A stretch of 64,000 nucleotides of DNA from Candidatus Helarchaeota archaeon (GTDB taxonomy: Archaea; Asgardarchaeota; Lokiarchaeia; Helarchaeales; RDOG01): NCBI GenBank assembly GCA_019058315.1, contig JAHPZH010000001.1, forward strand, positions 128,001-192,000, given 5' to 3'. Position 1 is the stretch's first letter. The number at the start of each line of letters is the position of its first letter. The translations under genes were made by a program, and so were the position numbers. Positions 38,692 through 47,212 of the stretch are shown here, piece after piece. Below the pieces are notes generated by a model. That model was not told the DNA's origin and ran no database searches. It worked only from the letters and a program-made list of their open reading frames with translations.

Positions 38692-40062
38692 TTGACCTCA
38701 AAAAATATTATTCAAAATGATCGATTTTTAGCAAAAGTAAATATAGAAATGACTCCGGAAATTTCAGCTTCACTAGGTGCTGTTTATGGAACTTATCTCA
38801 ATAATGAGGGTGTTATTGCTGTTGCACGTGATTACAGACAAGATTCTCGTATGTTAAAAAGAGCATTCATGGCAGGTGCAATGAGTGCAGGAATCAAAAT
38901 TTTGAATCTATTTGCAGTTCCAACCCCCGTTTTACAATTTGCTATCAAAAGATTTGGTATAGATGGGGGTGTAATGTTCAGTTCTGCCCATAATACTAAA
39001 GAAAATGTTGTGTTTAAAATTTATGAACCTGCTGGAGTAGAGTTTAGAGCGAAAAAAATTGAAGATTTATACAATAATTACCTTAATTCTAAAATTACTA
39101 GGGTAGGACCAAAAAAAATCGGAAGTATTTCAAGTGCGGAAAATGTTATGGATGTATATCAAGCTGCTATTACTCAATTCATCGATATAAATCTGATATC
39201 GAATGCAAAATTGATTATTGTTGCAGATTGTGCTGACGGTCCATTAGGAAAGGTACTCACACCTATAATAAATAACTTAAAAATTGATAGTATATTACTG
39301 AATACTCAGGAACCTGATTTGAATCAAGTTTTGCCCAATCTAAATTCTATAAGACGAGTATCTAAGATTATTCGAACTTCTGAAGCAAATCTGGGGATAT
39401 GTTTTGATACAGATGGCTCAAAAGCACTCTTCTTAGATGAAAATGGAAATTTTATTGAATCTGATGATTTGCTTACACTTTTTATATCTGAATTAATTGA
39501 ATCTCCACTCTCGCAAAAAAAAGTAATTGCTACTGAATCAACAACTAAAATAATAGATGAAATGTTGAAAAAAGTCAGTGGGAGTGTAACAAGAGTAGAA
39601 AATAAGCCGGGATCCGTTTCAAGTCTATTAAAATTTGGTAGGTACGATTTCGGTGCGAGTGACAGTGGGAAATACAGATTTCCAGAATATGCCCCTTTTT
39701 CGGATACTGTTTTAACTACTTTAAAAATTTTAGAACTTGTAGTGAAAAAAAATCTAAAACTTAGTGAGCTCATTCAAAGAGTTCCTAAATCTATAAAAAT
39801 ATACAAAGAATTATCAGTTGAGCGAGATATTTTAGAAAGTTTTCCAATAAAAATTGCACAAAACCTTGAAGAACATGTTGAAAATTTTAAATTAATAGAT
39901 ACCTTAATCGGAATTAAAATATTTTTAGGTATTGATAAAGGTTGGATTAATATTAATCCACATCTTGATCAAAATTTATTATTATTATCCGCAGAATCAA
40001 CAGATAAAAAATATATTCAGGAAATTTTTAGGATATTGAAAGATATTGTTCTCGAGAATTAA
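38692..40062 (+). CDS. Phosphoglucomutase/phosphomannomutase-fold protein with degenerate catalytic motifs
   Basis: VARDYR.SRMLKRA, PTPVLQF, DCADG; phosphoserine loop reads SSAHN and metal loop DTDGSK. Confidence 0.8.
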   Translation: MTSKNIIQNDRFLAKVNIEMTPEISASLGAVYGTYLNNEGVIAVARDYRQDSRMLKRAFMAGAMSAGIKILNLFAVPTPVLQFAIKRFGIDGGVMFSSAHNTKENVVFKIYEPAGVEFRAKKIEDLYNNYLNSKITRVGPKKIGSISSAENVMDVYQAAITQFIDINLISNAKLIIVADCADGPLGKVLTPIINNLKIDSILLNTQEPDLNQVLPNLNSIRRVSKIIRTSEANLGICFDTDGSKALFLDENGNFIESDDLLTLFISELIESPLSQKKVIATESTTKIIDEMLKKVSGSVTRVENKPGSVSSLLKFGRYDFGASDSGKYRFPEYAPFSDTVLTTLKILELVVKKNLKLSELIQRVPKSIKIYKELSVERDILESFPIKIAQNLEEHVENFKLIDTLIGIKIFLGIDKGWININPHLDQNLLLLSAESTDKKYIQEIFRILKDIVLEN

Positions 40063-41240
40063 TCATAACATATTTCTTGATCTGGAGTTAATGATTTATT
40101 CTCCAATTTAACATTCTCTCTTATTTTACAATTAGTAGGAATTATTGTATTCTCTAGAATTGTTACTTTATTTCCAATTTCTACATTATCACAAATTATT
40201 GAATTTTTTATCAAACATTCATTTCCAATTTTCACGTTATCCCAAATTATTGATTCTCTGATATGAGTTCCTTCTCCAATTTCTACATTTCTTCCAATTG
40301 AAGTTAGCATTTCTATTACTGCACTTTTTTTTATTTTGCATCTTTCACCAATTGCAACGTGTGGATCTATAGCAATATTTTCTCCAAATTCGATTGTATC
40401 AATATTTTCAAACCATTTAAAGGGATCTTTCTCTTCACCTACTGGGACTATAGGCCAAGACCATTTACGAAGAAGATCCCAATTTGTATATTTATAATAT
40501 TGTGGATTTCCAGCATCCATCCAATAATATTTTGAAATATATCCATAAATAGGATAATCACTTGCCAAAAGATAGGGGAAAACGTTCTTGCCGAAATCCA
40601 TAAGATTGATTTCGTTTAAAATATCTAAAATTTCTCTTTTAAAATAATAGATACCCGTATTTATAAGATTTGTATGTTTAAGTAGCGAATTTTTTGAAAC
40701 TAAACTTGAAAGATATAATTCATCATGACCAGGCTTTTCAAGAAATCCTTGAATTCTTTGGTTACCATTAAGTACAATAACTCCAAATTGTCTAGGCTGA
40801 TCACTAGACAACAAAGAAATCGAACTGAATGCATTTTTCTTTATTGAAAAGTCCATAAGCTCTTTCATATTTATGTTTGTTATTATATCTGCCATAGAAA
40901 TAATAATATTATCACAATCAATTAAATTAGAAACTTTCCGTAAAGCATCAGCTGTGTCTAGCGAATCCACATTAGGTATACGAATTTCAAGACCCCAATC
41001 AATACCCCAATCAATTTCCTCAATATACTCAACGATTTTTTCCCCTAAATGTCTAACAACGATAATAATTTTTTTGATACCTGCATATCTGAGCAAATCA
41101 ATTGCATAATGGACCATTGGCTTATTAGCTATCTTTATCATGGGTTTTGGCATATTCCATGTTAGAGGCATTAATCTACTTCCCTTTCCACCCGCTAGGA
41201 TTACTCCACACCAATCTTCCAATTGTATGCTCCCACTCAA
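40059..41240 (-). CDS. NDP-sugar pyrophosphorylase with left-handed beta-helix C-terminus
   Basis: ILAGGKGSRLMPLT..PKPM, FLEKP, INTGIY, DFGKNVFP, YWMDAG; hexapeptide repeats at the C-terminus. Confidence 0.9.
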   Translation of the reverse strand: MSGSIQLEDWCGVILAGGKGSRLMPLTWNMPKPMIKIANKPMVHYAIDLLRYAGIKKIIIVVRHLGEKIVEYIEEIDWGIDWGLEIRIPNVDSLDTADALRKVSNLIDCDNIIISMADIITNINMKELMDFSIKKNAFSSISLLSSDQPRQFGVIVLNGNQRIQGFLEKPGHDELYLSSLVSKNSLLKHTNLINTGIYYFKREILDILNEINLMDFGKNVFPYLLASDYPIYGYISKYYWMDAGNPQYYKYTNWDLLRKWSWPIVPVGEEKDPFKWFENIDTIEFGENIAIDPHVAIGERCKIKKSAVIEMLTSIGRNVEIGEGTHIRESIIWDNVKIGNECLIKNSIICDNVEIGNKVTILENTIIPTNCKIRENVKLENKSLTPDQEICYD

Positions 41241-41377
41241 AATATTTGAAAATTTTTTAAATTCGACTTAAACCGTTCATATCTAATTTATTTGTTCATT
41301 TATAATATAGAATTAAAAAATAAAAGGTATTGTATTGATGTAAATAATGAGTTCTCAAGAATTAAATTTCATAGAAA

Positions 41378-42412
41378 GTGAAGAAATTGAAATTGGATAA
41401 AATAGAGATAAATATTGAGCAAATTCTTCCTGAACCTCTACGAAAAGTAGGAAAAGAGAATTATATTAACGAATTACGTTTACATCCTTTATTAAAATGG
41501 TTCTGGGCTGCAATAGCACCAGCTAGAGAAGAATATCAACCTTATAAAGTGCAAGAAGATATTATTAAAGAGCTGTTAACACCTAGAGTACATTATTTTC
41601 TTGATCCGGAGAAAAATACACCCAAAGATCCCCTGTATGGCAGAATAAAACTTAATGAAGCGATAATTTTTCCGAATCTCTGGAGTTGGGCAAAAATTGC
41701 TGTTTGTCGTCTTACAGAAAAAGAATTTATGTTATTAAAAAATATCTCTATTGAACAATTATTTGATGGATTTTTAGCTTCAGAGCAATTTTTCAAAATC
41801 CATTATGAAAAGGGAAAAGATAAGAACCTATATCCCTCCATCAATATGAATTTTTTAAGACCTTCAGCATCGTCCGTTGTACATCCACATTTTCAATTGC
41901 TTATAACACCAATTCCTACCCCACTACTAGGGATGTATTTAGAACAAAGTAAATCATATTTTCAAGAGAATAAAACTTCATTTTTTGAAGATTATATAGC
42001 ACTTGAAAAACAAAATCATGTTCGTTTTTTGGGTGAAATTGGAAGGGGAGAGAATAAAGTGACATTTTTAACTGCTTGGTGTCCAATTGCAGGGAGAGAT
42101 GAAGTATTTTTTATTGGTCCAAAATCTGCGTTTCCGCTATCTGATAAATGTTGGAATAATATTGCCGAAGGTTTTCATCGAATTTTTGAAGGTTATCATG
42201 AAATGGGAATACGATCAATTAATTTTAACATTAATTCAGATTTATATAATTCTACTAAAGATTATTTTAGAATCTTTGGCACAATTTGGTCTCGACCTTT
42301 GAAAAATTTAGATGTCAGCGATAGAGGTTTTGCTGAAATAGGTTTTAAAATGGCTTTAACTTATCGGCTCCCCGAAAAAGTTGCTGAAACTTTAAAAAAA
42401 TATTGGAAATAA
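41378..42412 (+). CDS. GalT-like HIT-family nucleotidylyltransferase
   Basis: ELRLHPL, FPNL, NF..PSASSVVHPHFQ (HxHxQ active site), PEKVAETLK. Confidence 0.75.
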   Translation: MKKLKLDKIEINIEQILPEPLRKVGKENYINELRLHPLLKWFWAAIAPAREEYQPYKVQEDIIKELLTPRVHYFLDPEKNTPKDPLYGRIKLNEAIIFPNLWSWAKIAVCRLTEKEFMLLKNISIEQLFDGFLASEQFFKIHYEKGKDKNLYPSINMNFLRPSASSVVHPHFQLLITPIPTPLLGMYLEQSKSYFQENKTSFFEDYIALEKQNHVRFLGEIGRGENKVTFLTAWCPIAGRDEVFFIGPKSAFPLSDKCWNNIAEGFHRIFEGYHEMGIRSINFNINSDLYNSTKDYFRIFGTIWSRPLKNLDVSDRGFAEIGFKMALTYRLPEKVAETLKKYWK

Positions 42413-42448
42413 TCACATTTTTATTCCATAGACCATATAACTTTCTTT

Positions 42449-43024
42449 ATGTCAAATCTTAATGAAGAACTTATTGAGGCTGCTCGGAATGGAAATATGC
42501 AAGGAGTAATTATGGCGTTAGGGAAAGGTGCAGATGTTAATTATAAAGATGAAAATGGTCGTAATGCTTTAATGTATGCTGCTTATAACGGATTTGCTCA
42601 GATTATAGTGCTATTCCTTGCCGAAGAAGCAGACTTGAATGCAGTGAGTGATGCAGATTATACTGCTTTGGATTATGCTTGTAAAAATGGACAAATGGAA
42701 GTTATGAAACTTTTAGTTGAAAAAGGAGCAAAACTTGGTGATAGGGATAGTGTATTAATGTTTGCTTGTGATAATGGCTCACTTGAAGTTGCAAAATTAG
42801 CTATTGAAGAAGGTGCAGATGTAAATCTTAAAGGAGAGGCTGGAATGACAAATTTAATGTATGCTGCCTGGAAAGGTTATAAGGATATAGCCAAATTACT
42901 CTTAGAAAATGGAGCTGATGTGAACGCAAAAGCAAGTAGCGGTTATACCGCCTTAAAATTTGCTTCTAGCTATAAGCATGATGAAATTGTAGACCTCTTA
43001 AAAAAATATGGGGCAAAAGACTAG
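42449..43024 (+). CDS. Ankyrin repeat protein
   Basis: Repeats of G.TALM.A...G..E.VKLLLE.GADVN. Confidence 0.93.
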   Translation: MSNLNEELIEAARNGNMQGVIMALGKGADVNYKDENGRNALMYAAYNGFAQIIVLFLAEEADLNAVSDADYTALDYACKNGQMEVMKLLVEKGAKLGDRDSVLMFACDNGSLEVAKLAIEEGADVNLKGEAGMTNLMYAAWKGYKDIAKLLLENGADVNAKASSGYTALKFASSYKHDEIVDLLKKYGAKD

Positions 43025-43048
43025 TTTATTTAATTTTGAAAAAACAAA

Positions 43049-43852
43049 TTGGATACTTGGGTAATTTTAATGCCAAATGAGATTGAAGGTAAAGACTCCA
43101 ATGAATGGTTTCTAACTGGATATTCATTTTATGAATTTGATAATTATCATTCAGCAATAGAATGTTTTGAAAAAGCGGTTAAAATAGATCCACAGAATGT
43201 TGATGCTTGGGTTAATATGGGAAGTTCTTATTTGGGTTTACAGGATTATCAAAAAGTGATCGAATGTAACGAAAAAGCAATTAATATTGATCCAAATCAT
43301 AAAATAGCATGGTACAATACGGGAAAAGCCTATTTTGGATTAGAAAATAATCAGAAATCCCTAGAATGTTATAAAAAAGCTGTTGAGATCGACCCTCAAC
43401 TAAGTCAGGCCTGGAATAACATGGGAACTATCTATGTTATTTTGGAAAAATATCAGAAAGCGATTGAATGTTTCGAAAAAGCTATCAAAATCGACTCTCG
43501 AGCTGATGCATGGAATAATATGGGTGTTATTTACCTTAATTTACAAAAATATAAAAAAGCAATTGAGTGTTATAAAGAAGTTGTTAAATTAGAGCCCCAA
43601 AATAGCAATGCATGGAGTAATATGGGAGTGGTATACCGTAGGTTAGAAGAATATCAAAAATCAATTGAGTGTTACGAAAAAGCTACTGAAATCGACCCTC
43701 TATATGCTGATCCTTGGATAAATATGGCAGTAGTGTACGAAAAATTAAAAAATTATCAAAAAGCGATTGAATGTTGCGAAAAAGCCTTTGAAATTAACCC
43801 CAATGATGAAGAGGTTTTGAAATATATTGATTTTTTGAAATCAAAACTCTGA
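43049..43852 (+). CDS. Tetratricopeptide repeat protein
   Basis: About 7 repeats AW.NMG..Y..L..YQKAIECYEKA.EIDP; likely true start ATG 43070. Confidence 0.93.
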   Translation: MDTWVILMPNEIEGKDSNEWFLTGYSFYEFDNYHSAIECFEKAVKIDPQNVDAWVNMGSSYLGLQDYQKVIECNEKAINIDPNHKIAWYNTGKAYFGLENNQKSLECYKKAVEIDPQLSQAWNNMGTIYVILEKYQKAIECFEKAIKIDSRADAWNNMGVIYLNLQKYKKAIECYKEVVKLEPQNSNAWSNMGVVYRRLEEYQKSIECYEKATEIDPLYADPWINMAVVYEKLKNYQKAIECCEKAFEINPNDEEVLKYIDFLKSKL

Positions 43853-43934
43853 TTTTTAAAACTCTAAATATTTTCTTTTTTATACATTATTTGGACTAGC
43901 AATAAATTTATTATTTTATAGATTAGGTTTACAT

Positions 43935-44510
43935 ATGCATTTAAATTTTCATGCTGCTATTGGAATTCTCATTTCTATGATATTTTCACAGTATCTATCA
44001 AATTTTCAGATCGATTTTATTATTTTCGCTTCGATGATCATCGATCTGGATTTTTTATTTTCAAAATTTGCCCAAAAACATAACCATCGAAGATTAATAA
44101 CACACACATTCTTCCCCTATATAATTATAGCGCTAATCAGTGTATTTTTAATTAATATCACCCCATTATGGTTTTATTTCTTTCTTTTTAGTATCTGCGC
44201 CATAATTCATGTTTTTGTTGATTTAATTGATTGGGGTATATCCCCGTTTCTTCCCTTTAAAAAAGATTTTGTGGGAGGTATTTTGGAACGACCTGAAACT
44301 AATGAAGATGAGCCATATTGGATTCGTCGTTGCTATTTTGTTAATAGATATTACAGCTCAAAATCTATTATTAGCATAGAACTAATTATTGGTGTTCTAG
44401 CTTTCTTATCTATACTGTATTTTGCCCCAGATTATTTCGAAATCATTACAATCTATATTTTTTGGCTAGTAATACATTTAGTTCAATATCTCTTATGTCG
44501 TAGGCGATGA
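43935..44510 (+). CDS. Membrane-bound metal-dependent hydrolase (YdjM-like)
   Basis: H...H N-terminus, IDLD, HRRLITHT, HVFVDLID motifs with TM helices. Confidence 0.8.
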   Translation: MHLNFHAAIGILISMIFSQYLSNFQIDFIIFASMIIDLDFLFSKFAQKHNHRRLITHTFFPYIIIALISVFLINITPLWFYFFLFSICAIIHVFVDLIDWGISPFLPFKKDFVGGILERPETNEDEPYWIRRCYFVNRYYSSKSIISIELIIGVLAFLSILYFAPDYFEIITIYIFWLVIHLVQYLLCRRR

Positions 44511-44535
44511 CTTAGATTTTATAATATGTATAAAA

Positions 44536-45561
44536 TTATTCTCTACCCAATTCATATCCATAAATTCCTTTATGGATAATTTCACCTTTTTTTAATTGAT
44601 CAAGACCATGAGAAATTTTCATTAAAATTTGAGGTTTTGTTAAATCTATGATATCTAGTAATTCTTTATTTTCTGATGCAAAATTTGCTAATTGTCTTCT
44701 ATTACCCTTTTTAATATGAAATAATATTCTAATTACTAACATTGAATTAAAACTGGAAATGCTTCTTAAGACATTATCTCCCGAAATTAATTGAATTTTA
44801 TCTTCTAAATTTAAATCATTAATAATTGCTTGTAATAATTGTAATTTTTCATTTTTATTTCCCCTAAGATGTTTAGTAAAAATATTCCAAAATTCTTTTT
44901 CTAATCCATACTCAATTAGCCAACTTCGAAAAATTTCTATTGAAAAATAATTTTTTATTTTACTGATATCTTTAATTGCTTCTTTTATGACTAATTTTAA
45001 CATATCTGTTTTAAATTTCATAGTTCGAAATTTATTCTGTAAAAATTCGTATATTTTAGTGTCTTTATAAGCTTCTTTTAATTTCTTACTATCGCTAATA
45101 TTTGCTTCAAATAATCTTTTCTGGATTTCAACTATTTCTAAATCATTTATTTCTTCAGGTTCAAATTTATACTCTTTTTGAATTTGTGTTCCTTTCGAAG
45201 CATATTCTCCAGATTTTAAAATATCAAATTCTCGCTGTAATAGATTAATATCTTTTGCAGTCGGAAGAGAATCCATTTTAGAGATTATTTCTTGCATATT
45301 TCGCAGTATTGCTAATTGTTGTTCTTGAAAATCTTTTTGGTCTTTTCTTAACTTTTCAATCTCTGAAAAATCCTGAACAACAGGTTTGGCTTTTTTTTTC
45401 TTACTTTTTTCCTTAACTTCTTCTATACAATCAACACAATAGAATTTCTTTCTATATTGAGTTAAATCATCTTTAGGAAATTTTTTTTCACAATTACTAC
45501 AAAAATAATCTTTAATTTCTTCTTCAGCATCTTCTTCAATATCAAATAAAAGTTTACTCAA
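44536..45561 (-). CDS. Hypothetical protein: N-terminal C4 zinc finger, coiled coil, C-terminal winged-helix-like end
   Basis: CSNC-x17-CVDC; helical middle; ISHGLDQLKKGEIIHKGIYGYEL resembles a wHTH recognition helix plus wing; TTG start 2 nt after the upstream stop. Confidence 0.7.
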   Translation of the reverse strand: MSKLLFDIEEDAEEEIKDYFCSNCEKKFPKDDLTQYRKKFYCVDCIEEVKEKSKKKKAKPVVQDFSEIEKLRKDQKDFQEQQLAILRNMQEIISKMDSLPTAKDINLLQREFDILKSGEYASKGTQIQKEYKFEPEEINDLEIVEIQKRLFEANISDSKKLKEAYKDTKIYEFLQNKFRTMKFKTDMLKLVIKEAIKDISKIKNYFSIEIFRSWLIEYGLEKEFWNIFTKHLRGNKNEKLQLLQAIINDLNLEDKIQLISGDNVLRSISSFNSMLVIRILFHIKKGNRRQLANFASENKELLDIIDLTKPQILMKISHGLDQLKKGEIIHKGIYGYELGRE

Positions 45562-45563
45562 TA

Positions 45564-45938
45564 TTATTCCTCCTCTAACCCAAATTTCTCTTCTAATTTA
45601 TCTATTAATTCTAAATCAACTGTTTCTTGAAAATGAGAGAGATATAATTTCGGGTTTTTTAATATTATTTTATGATTTTTCTTTACCCAAAGAAAAAAAT
45701 TAAATAACATTTTAAATCCATTAATTAAATCACCATTATTTTTTGTTTTCGGCTTTTCGCTCACTTCTTTTTCGGATTCATCAATATAAGCCGTTAATGC
45801 TCCTCTAATTAAGTCAGTTACATTATTAAAATTCATTTCTTCTGCTTTTTTAGTTAAAATCTCCTTGGAAATTTGAGTTCTAAATGTTATAGGCTTCTTT
45901 TTTTCTTCATCTTTTAATTTTGGTCTGCCACGATTCAT
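45564..45938 (-). CDS. Ribbon-helix-helix-like DNA-binding protein
   Basis: MNRGRPK..KKPITFR (beta ribbon) ..KEILTKKAEEM..NVTDLIRGALTAYI (two helices), typical RHH/CopG pattern. Confidence 0.7.
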   Translation of the reverse strand: MNRGRPKLKDEEKKKPITFRTQISKEILTKKAEEMNFNNVTDLIRGALTAYIDESEKEVSEKPKTKNNGDLINGFKMLFNFFLWVKKNHKIILKNPKLYLSHFQETVDLELIDKLEEKFGLEEE

Positions 45939-45949
45939 GCTATAATTAT

Positions 45950-46060
45950 TGTCTTACACATATTTAAATGTGTCTTACACAAAATATCATTTGTAATACA
46001 AAAAAATTTTTCAAAGTATCCATTTTTTAATGTAAGACGGAAATTCCTTTTTGTAAGACA
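45950..46060. promoter_or_regulatory. Array of five TGT-N3-ACA/G boxes overlapping the TATA box of the RHH gene
   Basis: TGTCTTACACA at 45950 and 45971, TGTAATACA at 45992, TGTAAGACG at 46031, TGTAAGACA at 46052; TTTAAATA (minus strand) at 45961-45968 between the first two. Confidence 0.75.
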
Positions 46061-46079
46061 AAAAATTATGTGCTAGATC

Positions 46080-46410
46080 AAGTATCAAGAAAAAATTTGA
46101 CCTCAAGAAATTTTAATTTTGATCATAATCAAAATCCTGAAAAAAATTAATTCAAAAAAAAATACATAATCCAGAAAAATTTGATCTTGAATTAAGTCTG
46201 AACTTGAAAAAAAATTTGTTAAAAAAAAAATTTTTTTAGTTTGTAATCTCAAAAAAATTTTAAATTGAAAAATCCAAATTTCAAAAATTTTATTCAAAAA
46301 AAATCTCAAAAAATCTGTCTTCAAAAAATGTTAATTATGTAAATCTTGATTTTGAAAAAACTTAGTCTCAAAAAATTTTATTTTAGAATTAAAAGATCGA
46401 AAAAAATTTC
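46080..46410. repeat. Strand-biased A-tract low-complexity segment (repeated YTCAAAAA / TGAAAAAA)
   Basis: YTCAAAAA near 46151, 46248, 46280, 46293, 46305, 46320, 46367; TGAAAAAA near 46138, 46205, 46353. Confidence 0.6.
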
Positions 46411-46530
46411 TTATGAGCATGATTCATAATTTAACCTTGATTTTATTAATTTTCGATTATATGATAAAAATAAACTGGTTTATTCTAAAAATTTTAACAA
46501 AAAAATTATGAAGATATATATATCTCCTCG

Positions 46531-46920
46531 TATTTTATTCTATTACTGATTCTCTTATTTTTGAGATTGGAATGATCCTTATGGAACATATGACGTAGCG
46601 AATAGGATTCCGGAAATTCAAGAAATCACTTTAGGATCAAAATTTTAATCTAGTGATTTAAAGGTCAATAAGTATTACATATTTATGACTTTATAAATTC
46701 CTGGATCTTATTCAGCGAGTATCGTTCGGAGGTTAAATAAGCCAAAACAAGGCTACTATGCGATTCGTTGAATAATAAAAGGATCAAATTACTAAAAAAT
46801 TAATTCTATAAATTACAATAGAGATTTTTCTAATATGGGTTAGGCTACACCATTTACCGCATTCTAAGCGCAATATAGGAAGGTTTATAAACAATGGACT
46901 GATCATAGAATACAAAATAA
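46531..46920 (+). ncRNA. Candidate large structured non-coding RNA of unknown class
   Basis: Hand-found helices: 46536-46543/46905-46912, 46573-46580/46779-46786, 46600-46618/46695-46713, 46623-46630/46652-46659, 46660-46674/46680-46692, 46709-46720/46763-46774, 46740-46743/46751-46754, 46823-46836/46873-46885; G-U pairs favour the + strand; no ORF of 60 aa or more. Confidence 0.6.
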
Positions 46921-46989
46921 ATCAAAAATGAAAAAAAAGAAATAAAATAATGAAATGTCTCTAAAAACTGAAAAATAGGTGGTGAAAAA

Positions 46990-47211
46990 TTGGTAAAAAA
47001 AATCAAAGTCAAAGTACTCTCGGTAAATGGACATGAAACTTATTCAGTCGCAATTCAAAAAATTCCTGAATTTATGGAATCACAATTAGACAATAATCAT
47101 GTTGCATATTGTGAACCTATGAAAAAGATTGTTGAAACTGAAACAGAACTAGAATATATCTTAGAAATGGTTAGTGAAATTACAATCATCCCTAAAATTC
47201 GTGGAGGTTAA
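46990..47211 (+). CDS. Ubiquitin-like (beta-grasp, ThiS/MoaD/SAMP-like) small protein ending in Gly-Gly
   Basis: 73 aa; N-terminal IKVKVLS..GHETYSV strands; C-terminal EITIIPKIRGG; TTG start after AGGTGGTGA. Confidence 0.65.
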   Translation: MVKKIKVKVLSVNGHETYSVAIQKIPEFMESQLDNNHVAYCEPMKKIVETETELEYILEMVSEITIIPKIRGG

Positions 47212-47212
47212 T

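Noticed and set aside
41347-41400. Short ATG ORF overlapping the GalT-like start as a sign of frameshift
   Set aside because: The GTG at 41378 already gives a full-length GalT-like protein; no independent evidence for a frameshift
43070-43800. DNA-level repeats in the TPR, ankyrin and LRR genes
   Set aside because: Explained by protein repeat units; not independent DNA repeat elements
45950-46060. CRISPR array
   Set aside because: Repeats are only 9-11 bp with 10-12 bp gaps and mixed orientation; no cas genes
46103-46324. 73 aa minus-strand ORF rich in F/I/K
   Set aside because: It is the translation of the A-tract low-complexity segment; no RBS or protein-like composition
46531-46920. RNase P RNA, SRP RNA, group I/II intron or tRNA as the identity of the structured element
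   Set aside because: Diagnostic conserved sequences (GAGGAAAGUCC, SRP helix 8 motif, P7 or domain V motifs, T-loop cloverleaf) were not found by eye on either strand
47174-47212. GTG start at 47174 given by the ORF track
   Set aside because: Overlaps the UBL gene; ATG 47213 has a GGAGGT RBS and a coupled position
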